Of a stretch of 37,324 nucleotides of DNA, positions 1-6,563 are shown piece by piece. How positions within the stretch are numbered: the stretch's first letter is position 1; every line of letters starts with the position of its first letter. Source of the DNA: Candidatus Micrarchaeota archaeon (GTDB taxonomy: Archaea > Micrarchaeota > Micrarchaeia > CAILAH01); contig CAYOAB010000002.1 in the NCBI GenBank assembly GCA_964401875.1, positions 1 through 37,324 on the forward strand, in the 5' to 3' direction. The translations under genes were made by a program, and so were the position numbers. The notes beneath the pieces are model-generated. The model had not been told where the DNA came from, ran no database searches, and worked only from the letters and a program-made list of their open reading frames with translations.

Positions 1-595
1 CTTTAGTTTCCTCTCCAGAAACATATAAAACAAAATCTTCATTTATTTTTGAAGGTAAAGGTTCTTCCATATTTTTATATTTAGAATCACACTTCTGATC
101 GTATCCTTCGTCCACATTTTGATTTAATCTCATGAATGATATCTGGCCAATTTTCATGCTATCATATATTCTAACTGGGTTAGGGTTCACTGATGAAATT
201 TCTAAGGTTAATCTGCAAGGACTTTGGTACCCCCACCCAGCATGTAACAAACCTGCAGTTTGATGAATAACAATACCTATTCTTGCCATTGATGATCTCC
301 CTTCTAAAGTGCCAACCATACAATTAGCTAATCCGATTTTTTCTAATGTTGATGCAAGTATAAAATCACCGGGATGTATATCGTAAGGACCTTTTGATAA
401 ATCATGTTCATCAAATTCCATTTCTGCACCATTCTTAATATCAACAACTTTACCTGTCTTTTTAGCAATAAGTAGCTTAGGGCCTAAACAAATATCTACA
501 CTATCTATGCCAACATTATTCAAATCTAAGGGTTGAAGTATAACTTCTTTATCATTTAAAGCTTTAACAATCTCATTTTTACACAATAATGACAT
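1..595 (-). CDS. dcd: dCTP deaminase / dUTPase-fold protein, partial (C-terminus runs off the window start)
   Basis: Not in the ORF track because it is truncated. The minus-strand ATG is at 595-593. My translation is MSLLCKNEIVKALNDKEVILQPLDLNNVGIDSVDICLGPK...GTLEGRSSMARIGIVIHQTAGLLHAGWGY...LTLEI...KIGQISFMRL...GYDQKCDSKY. This matches the EGRSS-x-xR-G and HQTAG-x-x-x-AG-(W/F)-x-G core of archaeal Dcd. Confidence 0.85.
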   Translation of the reverse strand, partial: MSLLCKNEIVKALNDKEVILQPLDLNNVGIDSVDICLGPKLLIAKKTGKVVDIKNGAEMEFDEHDLSKGPYDIHPGDFILASTLEKIGLANCMVGTLEGRSSMARIGIVIHQTAGLLHAGWGYQSPCRLTLEISSVNPNPVRIYDSMKIGQISFMRLNQNVDEGYDQKCDSKYKNMEEPLPSKINEDFVLYVSGEETK

Positions 596-625
596 GTTTA
601 AAATTAAGAATTAAAAATATAAAAA

Positions 626-1009
626 TTAGTTTAACAATTTAAGTGCTCTCTTATAATCTTCCGGGTCGATTACAACTTCTGTTCTTCCTTCATTATCTTT
701 ACCAATAATGTAAACGGATCTAATGTTAACTCCATCTTTACTTAATTTTTTAGTTGTTTTGTATAATTCACCAGGTTTATCTAACATTTTTAATATAATA
801 ACATCACTAACAAGAGCGTTAAATCCAGCTTTTGCCAATTCATTAGTTGCCGTAACTATATCAGGTGTTAATATTCTAACAATACCTGTGTTTTCAAATC
901 CCTGTGCAGATATTGATACAATATTTATGCCACTTTTGCCTAATATATCAGTTATACTTGCTAAGGCCCCTATTTTATTCTCTATAATTACTGTTATTTG
1001 TTTCATCAT
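626..1009 (-). CDS. ACT-domain protein (two tandem ACT-like halves)
   Basis: 127 aa. The N-terminal ITVIIENKIGALASITDILGKSGINIVSIS and the second half LKMLDKPGELYKTTKKLSKDGVNIRSVYI both follow the beta-alpha-beta ACT pattern (x-D-x-PG-x-L). It lies co-directionally upstream of dcd. Confidence 0.7.
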   Translation of the reverse strand: MMKQITVIIENKIGALASITDILGKSGINIVSISAQGFENTGIVRILTPDIVTATNELAKAGFNALVSDVIILKMLDKPGELYKTTKKLSKDGVNIRSVYIIGKDNEGRTEVVIDPEDYKRALKLLN

Positions 1010-1050
1010 TTTCTATTCACCTATGCGTATTAAATTAAGTTCAAATATAT

Positions 1051-1056
1051 TATAAA
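1051..1056 (+). promoter_or_regulatory. Candidate TATA box (tataaa) about 30 nt upstream of the GC-rich hairpin array
   Basis: tattataaatc lies at 1048-1058 and the GC-rich segment begins with ggg at 1088-1090. The spacing fits an archaeal TATA-to-TSS distance. The strand of the downstream element is not proven. Confidence 0.3.
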
Positions 1057-1086
1057 TCAAACGTTTAATATCACAAATTGTCGTAA

Positions 1087-1300
1087 ATGGGTGAGCTTTC
1101 CGCCCTGTTTATTCGTTCACGAATAAACACGCCCTTCGGCTCTGCCGAAGTAACGCCTTCAAACCCCGGTAATGCTCAAACGACAAAGTCGTTTGGCATG
1201 CCTCTTTTCCGTAGGAAAAGGACACACCATCCACTACGTGGATACGTGTGCCGCAAACGCAAAGCGTTTGCCCGCATTTTGCCTCCGTGAGGCAAAATTG
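1087..1300. ncRNA. Unclassified GC-rich structured element with seven consecutive perfect stem-loops (candidate novel ncRNA or DNA-level hairpin array)
   Basis: Hairpins by hand folding are listed here.
- HP1 1106-1129: 10 bp, loop ttca.
- HP2 1134-1150: cttcggc/gccgaag, loop tct.
- HP3 1177-1195: caaacgac/gtcgtttg, loop aaa.
- HP4 1204-1220: cttttcc/ggaaaag, loop gta.
- HP5 1223-1250: cacac+atccac / gtggat+gtgtg, 1x2 internal loop, loop tac.
- HP6 1253-1271: gcaaacgc/gcgtttgc, loop aaa.
- HP7 1276-1298: attttgcctc/gaggcaaaat, loop cgt.
GC content is far above the flanks. I recognised no known RNA family motif. Confidence 0.5.
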
Positions 1301-1327
1301 AAAATAATAAAAACAATTTTGTAAAAT

Positions 1328-1334
1328 AAAAAAA
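1328..1334 (-). terminator. Oligo-T (T7) archaeal-type terminator just downstream of RNase P RNA
   Basis: The plus-strand A7 run at 1328-1334 is T7 on the minus strand. It begins 4 nt after the predicted RNase P RNA 3' end at 1338. Confidence 0.45.
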
Positions 1335-1337
1335 TAT

Positions 1338-1642
1338 AAGAAGGGTGATAGGCCACCTTTTGTTTAACTAGAAAAAATTTCTTTCCCCTAGGGCTTTCTT
1401 TAGGATGTGAACCGAAGGTTCAACCGAAAGAAAGGGCTAACAGCATTGATCTAAGCGCTTTAAGCTTGCACAATCATTACCTTGTACAGGGGCCGTTTCA
1501 TCCTTTTCATTTCCAACGTCATATAAAATCATTCTAAGAATGAAAGGTATCGTTTCTGTATCCCCATATTTCCTTAAGAAACACAAAGTTCATTGTGGGC
1601 GGACCTTCCTCCGGAGTACCCGGTGAGCTGTCTTCCCTTCTT
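1338..1642 (-). ncRNA. rnpB: RNase P RNA (archaeal type-A-like)
   Basis: The minus-strand RNA starts AAGAAGGGAAGACAGCUCACC...CCGGAGGAAGGUCCGCCC (CR-I, GGAGGAAaGUCC-like). It continues ...GGGGAUACAGAAACGAUACC (ACAGAAA motif) and ...GAUGAAACGGCCCCUGUACAAGG...UAGAUCAAUGCUG..., ending ...CACCCUUCUU. The terminal 8-bp P1 pairs AAGAAGGG (1642-1635) with CCCUUCUU (1345-1338). It is a GC-rich island of about 305 nt in AT-rich DNA. Confidence 0.85.
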
Positions 1643-1669
1643 ATGTATTAATTAAAGAATAGAGCCTTT

Positions 1670-2722
1670 TTATTTTTTACGATTTTTCAAAATTACTTGT
1701 TCAATTAAATCACAGGCATGAGTAACATTTTTTGAAGTGTCAATCTTAGAATAAATCTCTAAATTCTCCTTACACTTATTTGAATTAACCGTTTCTATGG
1801 CTAATTGTATGGTTTTTTCATCTAAAAATTCTGTGTCTAAACTTACACCTAACCCTTTTTCTGTAACACCTAAACAATTGTTAACCCTCTCTGTGTAATC
1901 TTTTAATGGAATTAAAATGAGTGCAGTTTTACAAGTAACACAACTCATAATAGAGGTGTGCCCACCATGAGTTATTATAAAAGGTGCCCTTGAAATTAAA
2001 TCATTAATTTCACTCTTTTCAATCATACCACTATTGTGAACCTTGTACCCATTTTTTTGTAAAACCTCTTTTATCTTATTCATTTCAGAATTCTGTAAAC
2101 CACTTCCACCCATTGTAATTAAAACTTCATTATTTTTCTTTTTAGGTTTGATTATATCAAGTGGACCAACAAAATGAAATTTATGTTCAGAACCAAAAAA
2201 TTCTAAATTTCTTCTAGTAATGGTGAAAGGAGGTTCATAATCGGGCACAATTAAAAGTGAACTTAAATCAACTATAGTTTTTGAAACAGCATCACTACCG
2301 AATTCAATTAATCCGTTAATCTGTTTGAAAACGTATGATAAACGGGTACAGTTAATTATACTTATAACGGGAACTCCTAACATTTTTGATATGAAAATTC
2401 CAGGTATATATCCATCTACAATTAAAACCTCAGGTTTATTTTTTGTTATTGCTGTTGTTATTTTTTTCAATGCGCTCGGTTTAATTCTTTTCATATTTTC
2501 AATTAAACTTTTGTTAACGTCAATTTCTTCTTCTTTAGTTATGAGTTCACCTATAGCAGGCAACTCGTGGACCATATACCCTTTTGAAATTAATATTTCA
2601 TAAGATTTACCGAAGGATGAAATTGATACTTCATGTTTTCTTCTAATTAGTTCTTCTATTAACGGTAAAGACCTATAAAGATGTCCCAACCCTAATCCGT
2701 TCACCATAAAGTGTATGCGCAT
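1670..2722 (-). CDS. Glycosyltransferase, GT-B fold (GT1/GT28, MurG/MJ1255-like)
   Basis: The ORF track extends to 2770, but the family-typical N-terminus MRIHFMVNGLGLGHLYR (G-x-G-x-GH loop) begins at the ATG at 2722. The C-terminal half has the ITHGGHTSIMSCVTCKTALILIP nucleotide-sugar binding pattern. Confidence 0.7.
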   Translation of the reverse strand: MRIHFMVNGLGLGHLYRSLPLIEELIRRKHEVSISSFGKSYEILISKGYMVHELPAIGELITKEEEIDVNKSLIENMKRIKPSALKKITTAITKNKPEVLIVDGYIPGIFISKMLGVPVISIINCTRLSYVFKQINGLIEFGSDAVSKTIVDLSSLLIVPDYEPPFTITRRNLEFFGSEHKFHFVGPLDIIKPKKKNNEVLITMGGSGLQNSEMNKIKEVLQKNGYKVHNSGMIEKSEINDLISRAPFIITHGGHTSIMSCVTCKTALILIPLKDYTERVNNCLGVTEKGLGVSLDTEFLDEKTIQLAIETVNSNKCKENLEIYSKIDTSKNVTHACDLIEQVILKNRKK

Positions 2723-2785
2723 AATGTAATTTAATCGTAAATTAATAAAAATAAATAAAAACTTATACATTCTAATTAAGCTTAA

Positions 2786-2965
2786 GCTGAGGTAGCCAAG
2801 TGGTTAAGGCGCTAGACTGCTAATCTAGTGGGCCCTGCCCGCGTGGGTTCAAGCACTGCGGATGAGGGGGAGACCCCCTCCTCCCCGTGTGTTCTGCCCC
2901 ACCACCCCGTGCGGTGGCGATAGAACATTAACTTTGTTAACTACCTAAAAATCCCATCCTCAGCG
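2786..2965 (+). tRNA. tRNA-Ser (anticodon GCT) with a long variable arm and a ~98-nt insertion in the T-loop
   Basis: Hand-folded cloverleaf, element by element.
- Acceptor gctgagg (2786-2792) pairs with cctcagc (2958-2964); discriminator is g2965.
- D-arm is gcc-aagtggttaa-ggc.
- Anticodon stem is ctaga/tctag with loop ctGCTaa (anticodon 2819-2821).
- Variable arm is gggc-cct-gccc.
- T-stem gtggg (2843-2847) pairs with cccat (2953-2957).
- T-loop ttcaa...at is split by 2853-2950.
No CCA is encoded, and a T5 run follows. Confidence 0.8.
2853..2950 (+). other. Candidate non-canonical tRNA intron in the T-loop (about position 58/59) of tRNA-Ser(GCU)
   Basis: The intron is inferred because the flanking exons complete a perfect T-stem and acceptor stem. 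The insert is GC-rich and self-structured, for example gaggggg-aga-ccccctc at 2864-2880. The boundaries are ambiguous by +/-2 nt because of flanking A residues. I could not confirm a bulge-helix-bulge motif by eye. Confidence 0.55.
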
Positions 2966-2966
2966 C

Positions 2967-2971
2967 TTTTT
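2967..2971 (+). terminator. Oligo-T tract after tRNA-Ser
   Basis: A ttttt run immediately follows the discriminator plus one nucleotide. Confidence 0.4.
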
Positions 2972-3000
2972 CTTATTATTAATATCAATTTAATGTTAAT

Positions 3001-3008
3001 TATAAAAT
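3001..3008 (+). promoter_or_regulatory. Candidate TATA box upstream of the free-standing structured RNA
   Basis: tataaaat at 3001-3008 lies about 20-25 nt upstream of the first base of the closing helix at 3022-3031. Confidence 0.35.
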
Positions 3009-3021
3009 GGTCAGAGGGTTA

Positions 3022-3137
3022 GCGCAGGGTTAAGGGACGCGAAGTCCCTTCCCGTCCTGCAGGGGCGGAACCTTCCAAAACGAAGTTTTGGAATGGTGCC
3101 ATATACTTTAGTATATGAGAACCCTGCTCCTCAGCGC
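3022..3137 (+). ncRNA. Unclassified ~115-nt GC-rich structured RNA, paralogue-like to the tRNA-Ser intron plus 3' exon tail
   Basis: - The closing helix pairs gcagggtt (3024-3031) with aaccctgc (3120-3127).
- Internal hairpins are aagggac-gcgaa-gtccctt (3032-3050), ttccaaaac-gaa-gttttggaa (3073-3093) and atatac-ttta-gtatat (3101-3116).
- The element ends in tcctcagcgc followed by T8, identical over 15 nt to the end of the tRNA-Ser gene.
I recognised no cloverleaf, 5S, SRP or C/D-box pattern. Confidence 0.5.
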
Positions 3138-3145
3138 TTTTTTTT
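3138..3145 (+). terminator. Oligo-T (T8) terminator after the structured RNA
   Basis: A tttttttt run lies at 3138-3145. Confidence 0.45.
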
Positions 3146-3150
3146 ATATA

Positions 3151-4494
3151 TTATTTTTTCTTCTGTAAATTGAGAATAGTTTCAACAACTACACTTAGTC
3201 CTGCACCCGTTGGCCCAAAACTAAATGGTGAATTCCCTTTTGTGTGCGCAGTTCCTGCAATGTCTAAATGTACCCATTTAGTTTTTCCAACAAAATTTGA
3301 AAGGAACGCAGCGGCCGTAATTGTTCCCGCTTCACCAGTTTCTGAACTATTCTTAATGTCTGCAAATTTACCTTTCATTAATTCAACATACTCTTCCGTT
3401 AAAGGTAATTGCCATACCTGGTCATAACTTTTCTTTGAACTTTCATTAATTAAGTCAATGAACTCCTTATCATTTCCAAGTATAGCAATGTGATAACTTC
3501 CAAGTGCAACTGTAACTGCACCAGTTAATGTAGCCAAATCAATAACATAATCAGGTTTATACTTTTCAATCCCATATGCTAAAGCGTCCGCTAAAATCAT
3601 TCTACCTTCCGCGTCCGTGTTTAATATTTCAATTGTTTTACCATTATATGCAGTAACAACATCTCCTGGCCTTGTAGCGTTACCACTTGGCATATTTTCA
3701 CATAAAGGCATAACACCAATCACATTAATCTCCGGTTCAATTTCTGCAATCGCTCTTATAATTCCCATTGTTGTAATAGCACCGCTCTTATCATATTTCA
3801 TTTCTTCCATTCCCTTTGAAGGTTTAAGTGAAATCCCACCACTATCAAAAGTAATTCCCTTTCCCACAATCAAGATTGTTTTTTTTGCTTTTTTGTGTGT
3901 ATATTTAATTATGGGCATTACAGGTTCATTGTAACTTCCCTTAGCAACGGACATGAACGCGTTCATCTCTAAATCATGAATCTGTTGAAAATCAATACAT
4001 TCATATTTCAAGTTCCATTCCTTTGCCATTTTTTTAACTTCTTCATTTATGTATGAAGGTGTAGCAATATTTCCCGGAAGTAAATTTATTTCTCTAACAT
4101 AATTAACAGAATCACCTAATATACTTGCCTTTGAAAGTTCTGGAAATTGTCTTTTATCTGCCCACAAATAAATTTTATTTTCATTTTTTTCTTCTTCCTT
4201 TTCACTCTTCAAATTTTTAATTTCATTTTCAGATAAAATCAAATAATAAAATATATATGATGCTATTCCATCATCAAATCCCTTAACATCTATAATTATA
4301 TCTTTTTTCAAATTCTTACCGAAACTTATTACATTTTGAAGTATTTTTTTAATTGAATTATTTGTAACCTTTTCTTTTCCCAGGTTACAGGTTATAATAT
4401 CTTCTTTGTAACTTATTTCTCCCACTTTCTCTTTCTTATTAAATTCAATTTTAATAGCGTTTTTAATTTCCTTTTCAGTTATTTCAATTTGCAT
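3151..4494 (-). CDS. pepA: Leucyl aminopeptidase, M17 family
   Basis: 447 aa. It carries the M17 signature NTDAEGRMILADAL, VGKGITFDSGGISLKP and DLATLTGA. Confidence 0.9.
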   Translation of the reverse strand: MQIEITEKEIKNAIKIEFNKKEKVGEISYKEDIITCNLGKEKVTNNSIKKILQNVISFGKNLKKDIIIDVKGFDDGIASYIFYYLILSENEIKNLKSEKEEEKNENKIYLWADKRQFPELSKASILGDSVNYVREINLLPGNIATPSYINEEVKKMAKEWNLKYECIDFQQIHDLEMNAFMSVAKGSYNEPVMPIIKYTHKKAKKTILIVGKGITFDSGGISLKPSKGMEEMKYDKSGAITTMGIIRAIAEIEPEINVIGVMPLCENMPSGNATRPGDVVTAYNGKTIEILNTDAEGRMILADALAYGIEKYKPDYVIDLATLTGAVTVALGSYHIAILGNDKEFIDLINESSKKSYDQVWQLPLTEEYVELMKGKFADIKNSSETGEAGTITAAAFLSNFVGKTKWVHLDIAGTAHTKGNSPFSFGPTGAGLSVVVETILNLQKKK

Positions 4495-6557
4495 TTAAAC
4501 CAACTCATTATATTATCACGGAAAAAGTATATAATAAATATAACAACTAATCCAATTAAAACATATATAATTGTGAATATTCCTTCTGTGTTATAATTTT
4601 GAACATAAGTTCTCTCGTAACCTGCTAGATCTTCCCAAACAATTTTAATTTCATTAGTTCCTTTTTCTAATGTTATTATGTTAGAATTAATTTTTTGTTC
4701 GTTTATATAAATTACATATTTCTTTACAGGGCCATTAATTTCAATTTGATATTCATCATTTCCAATATCAATAATATCACATGAAATTATAGGTTCAAAT
4801 ACTTCATAACTATTCTTATAAACAAATTCTTCACTATATGATTTTGCTTTAACTTCAATGTTCTGGACACCTATTTTTTTTGTGTTAAGTTCCTTTCTAA
4901 ATTTATAATTTCTATCCTTAATTTTATCTGTTGAAACTAAAATTCCTTCAATAAAATAACTTATGGTGATTTCATCTCCATTTTTAAATTCAAAATCAAT
5001 TTCTAAATATGAAATTACATCATTAGGTATTTTTTCATTGAACGTGATTCTTGTAGGTATGATTTCCTTACTTCCCATTCCCATATTATCCAAATCAAAA
5101 AGTTTAACTTGACTTTCTGTATAAAATAAAACATTCATTTTGTTTATGCCTTCTTTTTGAAAATATATTTCTTCACTTATGGTATTTTTATCAATGTTGA
5201 TTTCATTACTTTCTTTATTTGTTAATATGTTGATGGGTATTCCCTCATTTGAATAAACTTTAAATGAATTTTCCTCTTTACTTATTTTTGAAACATAAAC
5301 ATCAAATGATGAACTTCTTCTTCTTCCTTCAATATTAACATCTATTACATCATATCCCAAAGTATGCGAAATTGTAATAGGACAAAGATATTTATTATTA
5401 GAATTAACCATCTCAGAAACTTTATACCCTATAGGAACAAAATTTTTTCCCGGTGATAAAAAGTAAGTAATTTTTTCCTTATCCATTTTTATAAGTGGAG
5501 TTTCATAATTACAAGGAATAACATTCGCTTGAAATATCATATAATGATCAACATCAATTTCAAACAATATTACTCCTTCTTCTCCTATTTGTATTTCTCC
5601 TTTTGGTAGATTTTCAATTTTATAATTAATATCTTCTTCTTTTAATGATTGGATTTCAATCCCATCAGTTGAACTTCCCAATGTGCTTTTTCCTACCCAT
5701 TTAAGTGGTGTTTGTGAAGTTACAGTTGCCGTTATACTTTCTTTTAATACCGTATCATGATTAAAGTAGAGTGGAATATGTGTTGCATCTATGCTTGCAA
5801 CTTCTAACCATGTAGGGTCTACGCCTATCCATTTATCCAAGTACACTTCTCCCCAAGAATGTAATTGCCATCCATAATCAGGTGAATAAACATATCCCGT
5901 TATTGCTCTTCCTGGAATTCCTAAAGATCTAACCATTGCCAAAAATAAATTTGTATATTCTACACAAACCCCTTTTCTTTTTTCATAAACTTCAATTGAA
6001 TTTGAATTTTTTCCAACTTCTTTAAGGTCATATTCCATATTCTCATTTACCCAAATGGCAAGCAGTGCAACTTTTTCTAAATCGTTTTCTGTGTAGTTTG
6101 TAATTTCCTTTGCCTTATTTTTTATAATATCATTTATTTGAATATGTTCACTTTCATCAATAAAACTTTCCATTCCACCTTGATAATCTGTGAGTTTATC
6201 TATAATTCTTTTATTGGTTATTACGTGTGCTATGTAAGAATATGTAAATGAACTTATCTTTTCACTTTTTTTGAAATTTAAAATTTCACTTTCACCTACT
6301 TTTTTAACTTCCCCATTTTCATGTCCATACATTTCAACAACTTGATAATATGTTGTTTGTGGAATTGTTAAAGTTAAATCCATGTTAGAAAACATTCCCA
6401 TTTCTGAAACTATCGTTCCAGAACGAGTAATTTCTACGGATATACTTTCAATATTTTGCGGGTTCACTTTAGTAAAACTATCTGCATTAATTAAACCAAA
6501 CATTAAAACCATTAAAATGAAAAAATTCAAGAATTTCATAAAACTATTTCTGCTCAT
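4479..6557 (-). CDS. Membrane-anchored extracellular transglutaminase-like (papain-fold) protein
   Basis: 692 aa with an N-terminal signal/anchor (MKFLNFFILMVLMFGLINA) and a C-terminal TM (IFTIIYVLIGLVVIFIIYFF). The transglutaminase core has the Cys-His-Asp arrangement: RKGVCVEYTNLFLAMVRSLGIPGR ... WQLHSWGEVY ... GVDPT. The 3' end overlaps the pepA start by 16 nt. Confidence 0.75.
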   Translation of the reverse strand: MSRNSFMKFLNFFILMVLMFGLINADSFTKVNPQNIESISVEITRSGTIVSEMGMFSNMDLTLTIPQTTYYQVVEMYGHENGEVKKVGESEILNFKKSEKISSFTYSYIAHVITNKRIIDKLTDYQGGMESFIDESEHIQINDIIKNKAKEITNYTENDLEKVALLAIWVNENMEYDLKEVGKNSNSIEVYEKRKGVCVEYTNLFLAMVRSLGIPGRAITGYVYSPDYGWQLHSWGEVYLDKWIGVDPTWLEVASIDATHIPLYFNHDTVLKESITATVTSQTPLKWVGKSTLGSSTDGIEIQSLKEEDINYKIENLPKGEIQIGEEGVILFEIDVDHYMIFQANVIPCNYETPLIKMDKEKITYFLSPGKNFVPIGYKVSEMVNSNNKYLCPITISHTLGYDVIDVNIEGRRRSSSFDVYVSKISKEENSFKVYSNEGIPINILTNKESNEINIDKNTISEEIYFQKEGINKMNVLFYTESQVKLFDLDNMGMGSKEIIPTRITFNEKIPNDVISYLEIDFEFKNGDEITISYFIEGILVSTDKIKDRNYKFRKELNTKKIGVQNIEVKAKSYSEEFVYKNSYEVFEPIISCDIIDIGNDEYQIEINGPVKKYVIYINEQKINSNIITLEKGTNEIKIVWEDLAGYERTYVQNYNTEGIFTIIYVLIGLVVIFIIYFFRDNIMSWFKCKLK

Positions 6558-6563
6558 TCTTTT

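Noticed and set aside
723-1055. Antisense shadow ORFs inside real genes. This is one representative; others are 2325-2603, 3170-3427, 3617-3934, 6382-6567, 7003-7395, 8746-8940, 9109-9468, 12335-12550, 13535-13762, 14169-14477, 15592-16079, 17471-17674, 17894-18076, 20850-21065, 21986-22171, 22686-22889, 23066-23248, 25577-25807, 26817-27002, 28395-28601, 31726-31977, 33548-34069, 34892-35152 and 35750-35932.
   Set aside because: Each lies fully within a longer ORF on the opposite strand that has recognisable motifs. Their translations are low-complexity and rich in L/S/I/F, which is typical of antisense frames in AT-rich DNA.
1087-1290. A 67-aa plus-strand ORF (MGELSALFIRSRINTPFGSAEV...) listed in the ORF track.
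   Set aside because: It coincides exactly with the GC-rich hairpin array. Its Arg/Pro/Gly-rich translation is what palindromic GC-rich DNA gives by chance, its composition is unlike every real protein in the window, and no RBS or leaderless promoter logic supports it.
1087-1300. Assignment of the hairpin array as SRP (7S) RNA, 5S rRNA, or H/ACA or C/D box sRNA.
   Set aside because: On neither strand is there an SRP helix-8 GGAA/GNAR loop with an AGCA motif or 5'/3' terminal pairing. There is no 5S loop motif (CGAAC...GAAGUUAAGC). The stems are perfect with no pseudouridylation pockets, and there are no RUGAUGA/CUGA boxes.
1089-1642. An 8-nt match (ggtgagct) plus gggcgga/ccgccc similarity between the 5' edge of the hairpin array and the 5' region of the RNase P RNA gene. 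I considered it as a possible antisense interaction or duplication.
   Set aside because: An 8-mer match between a ~210-nt and a ~305-nt segment on two strands is expected by chance, and no extended complementarity was found.
3022-3137. The second GC-rich element as a complete tRNA, a functional alternative 3' exon of tRNA-Ser, or 5S rRNA.
   Set aside because: No cloverleaf can be drawn. The 5 nt preceding the shared acceptor strand (ctgct/cctgc) cannot pair with the tRNA-Ser 5' T-stem (gtggg). There is no T-loop consensus and there are no 5S conserved loops.
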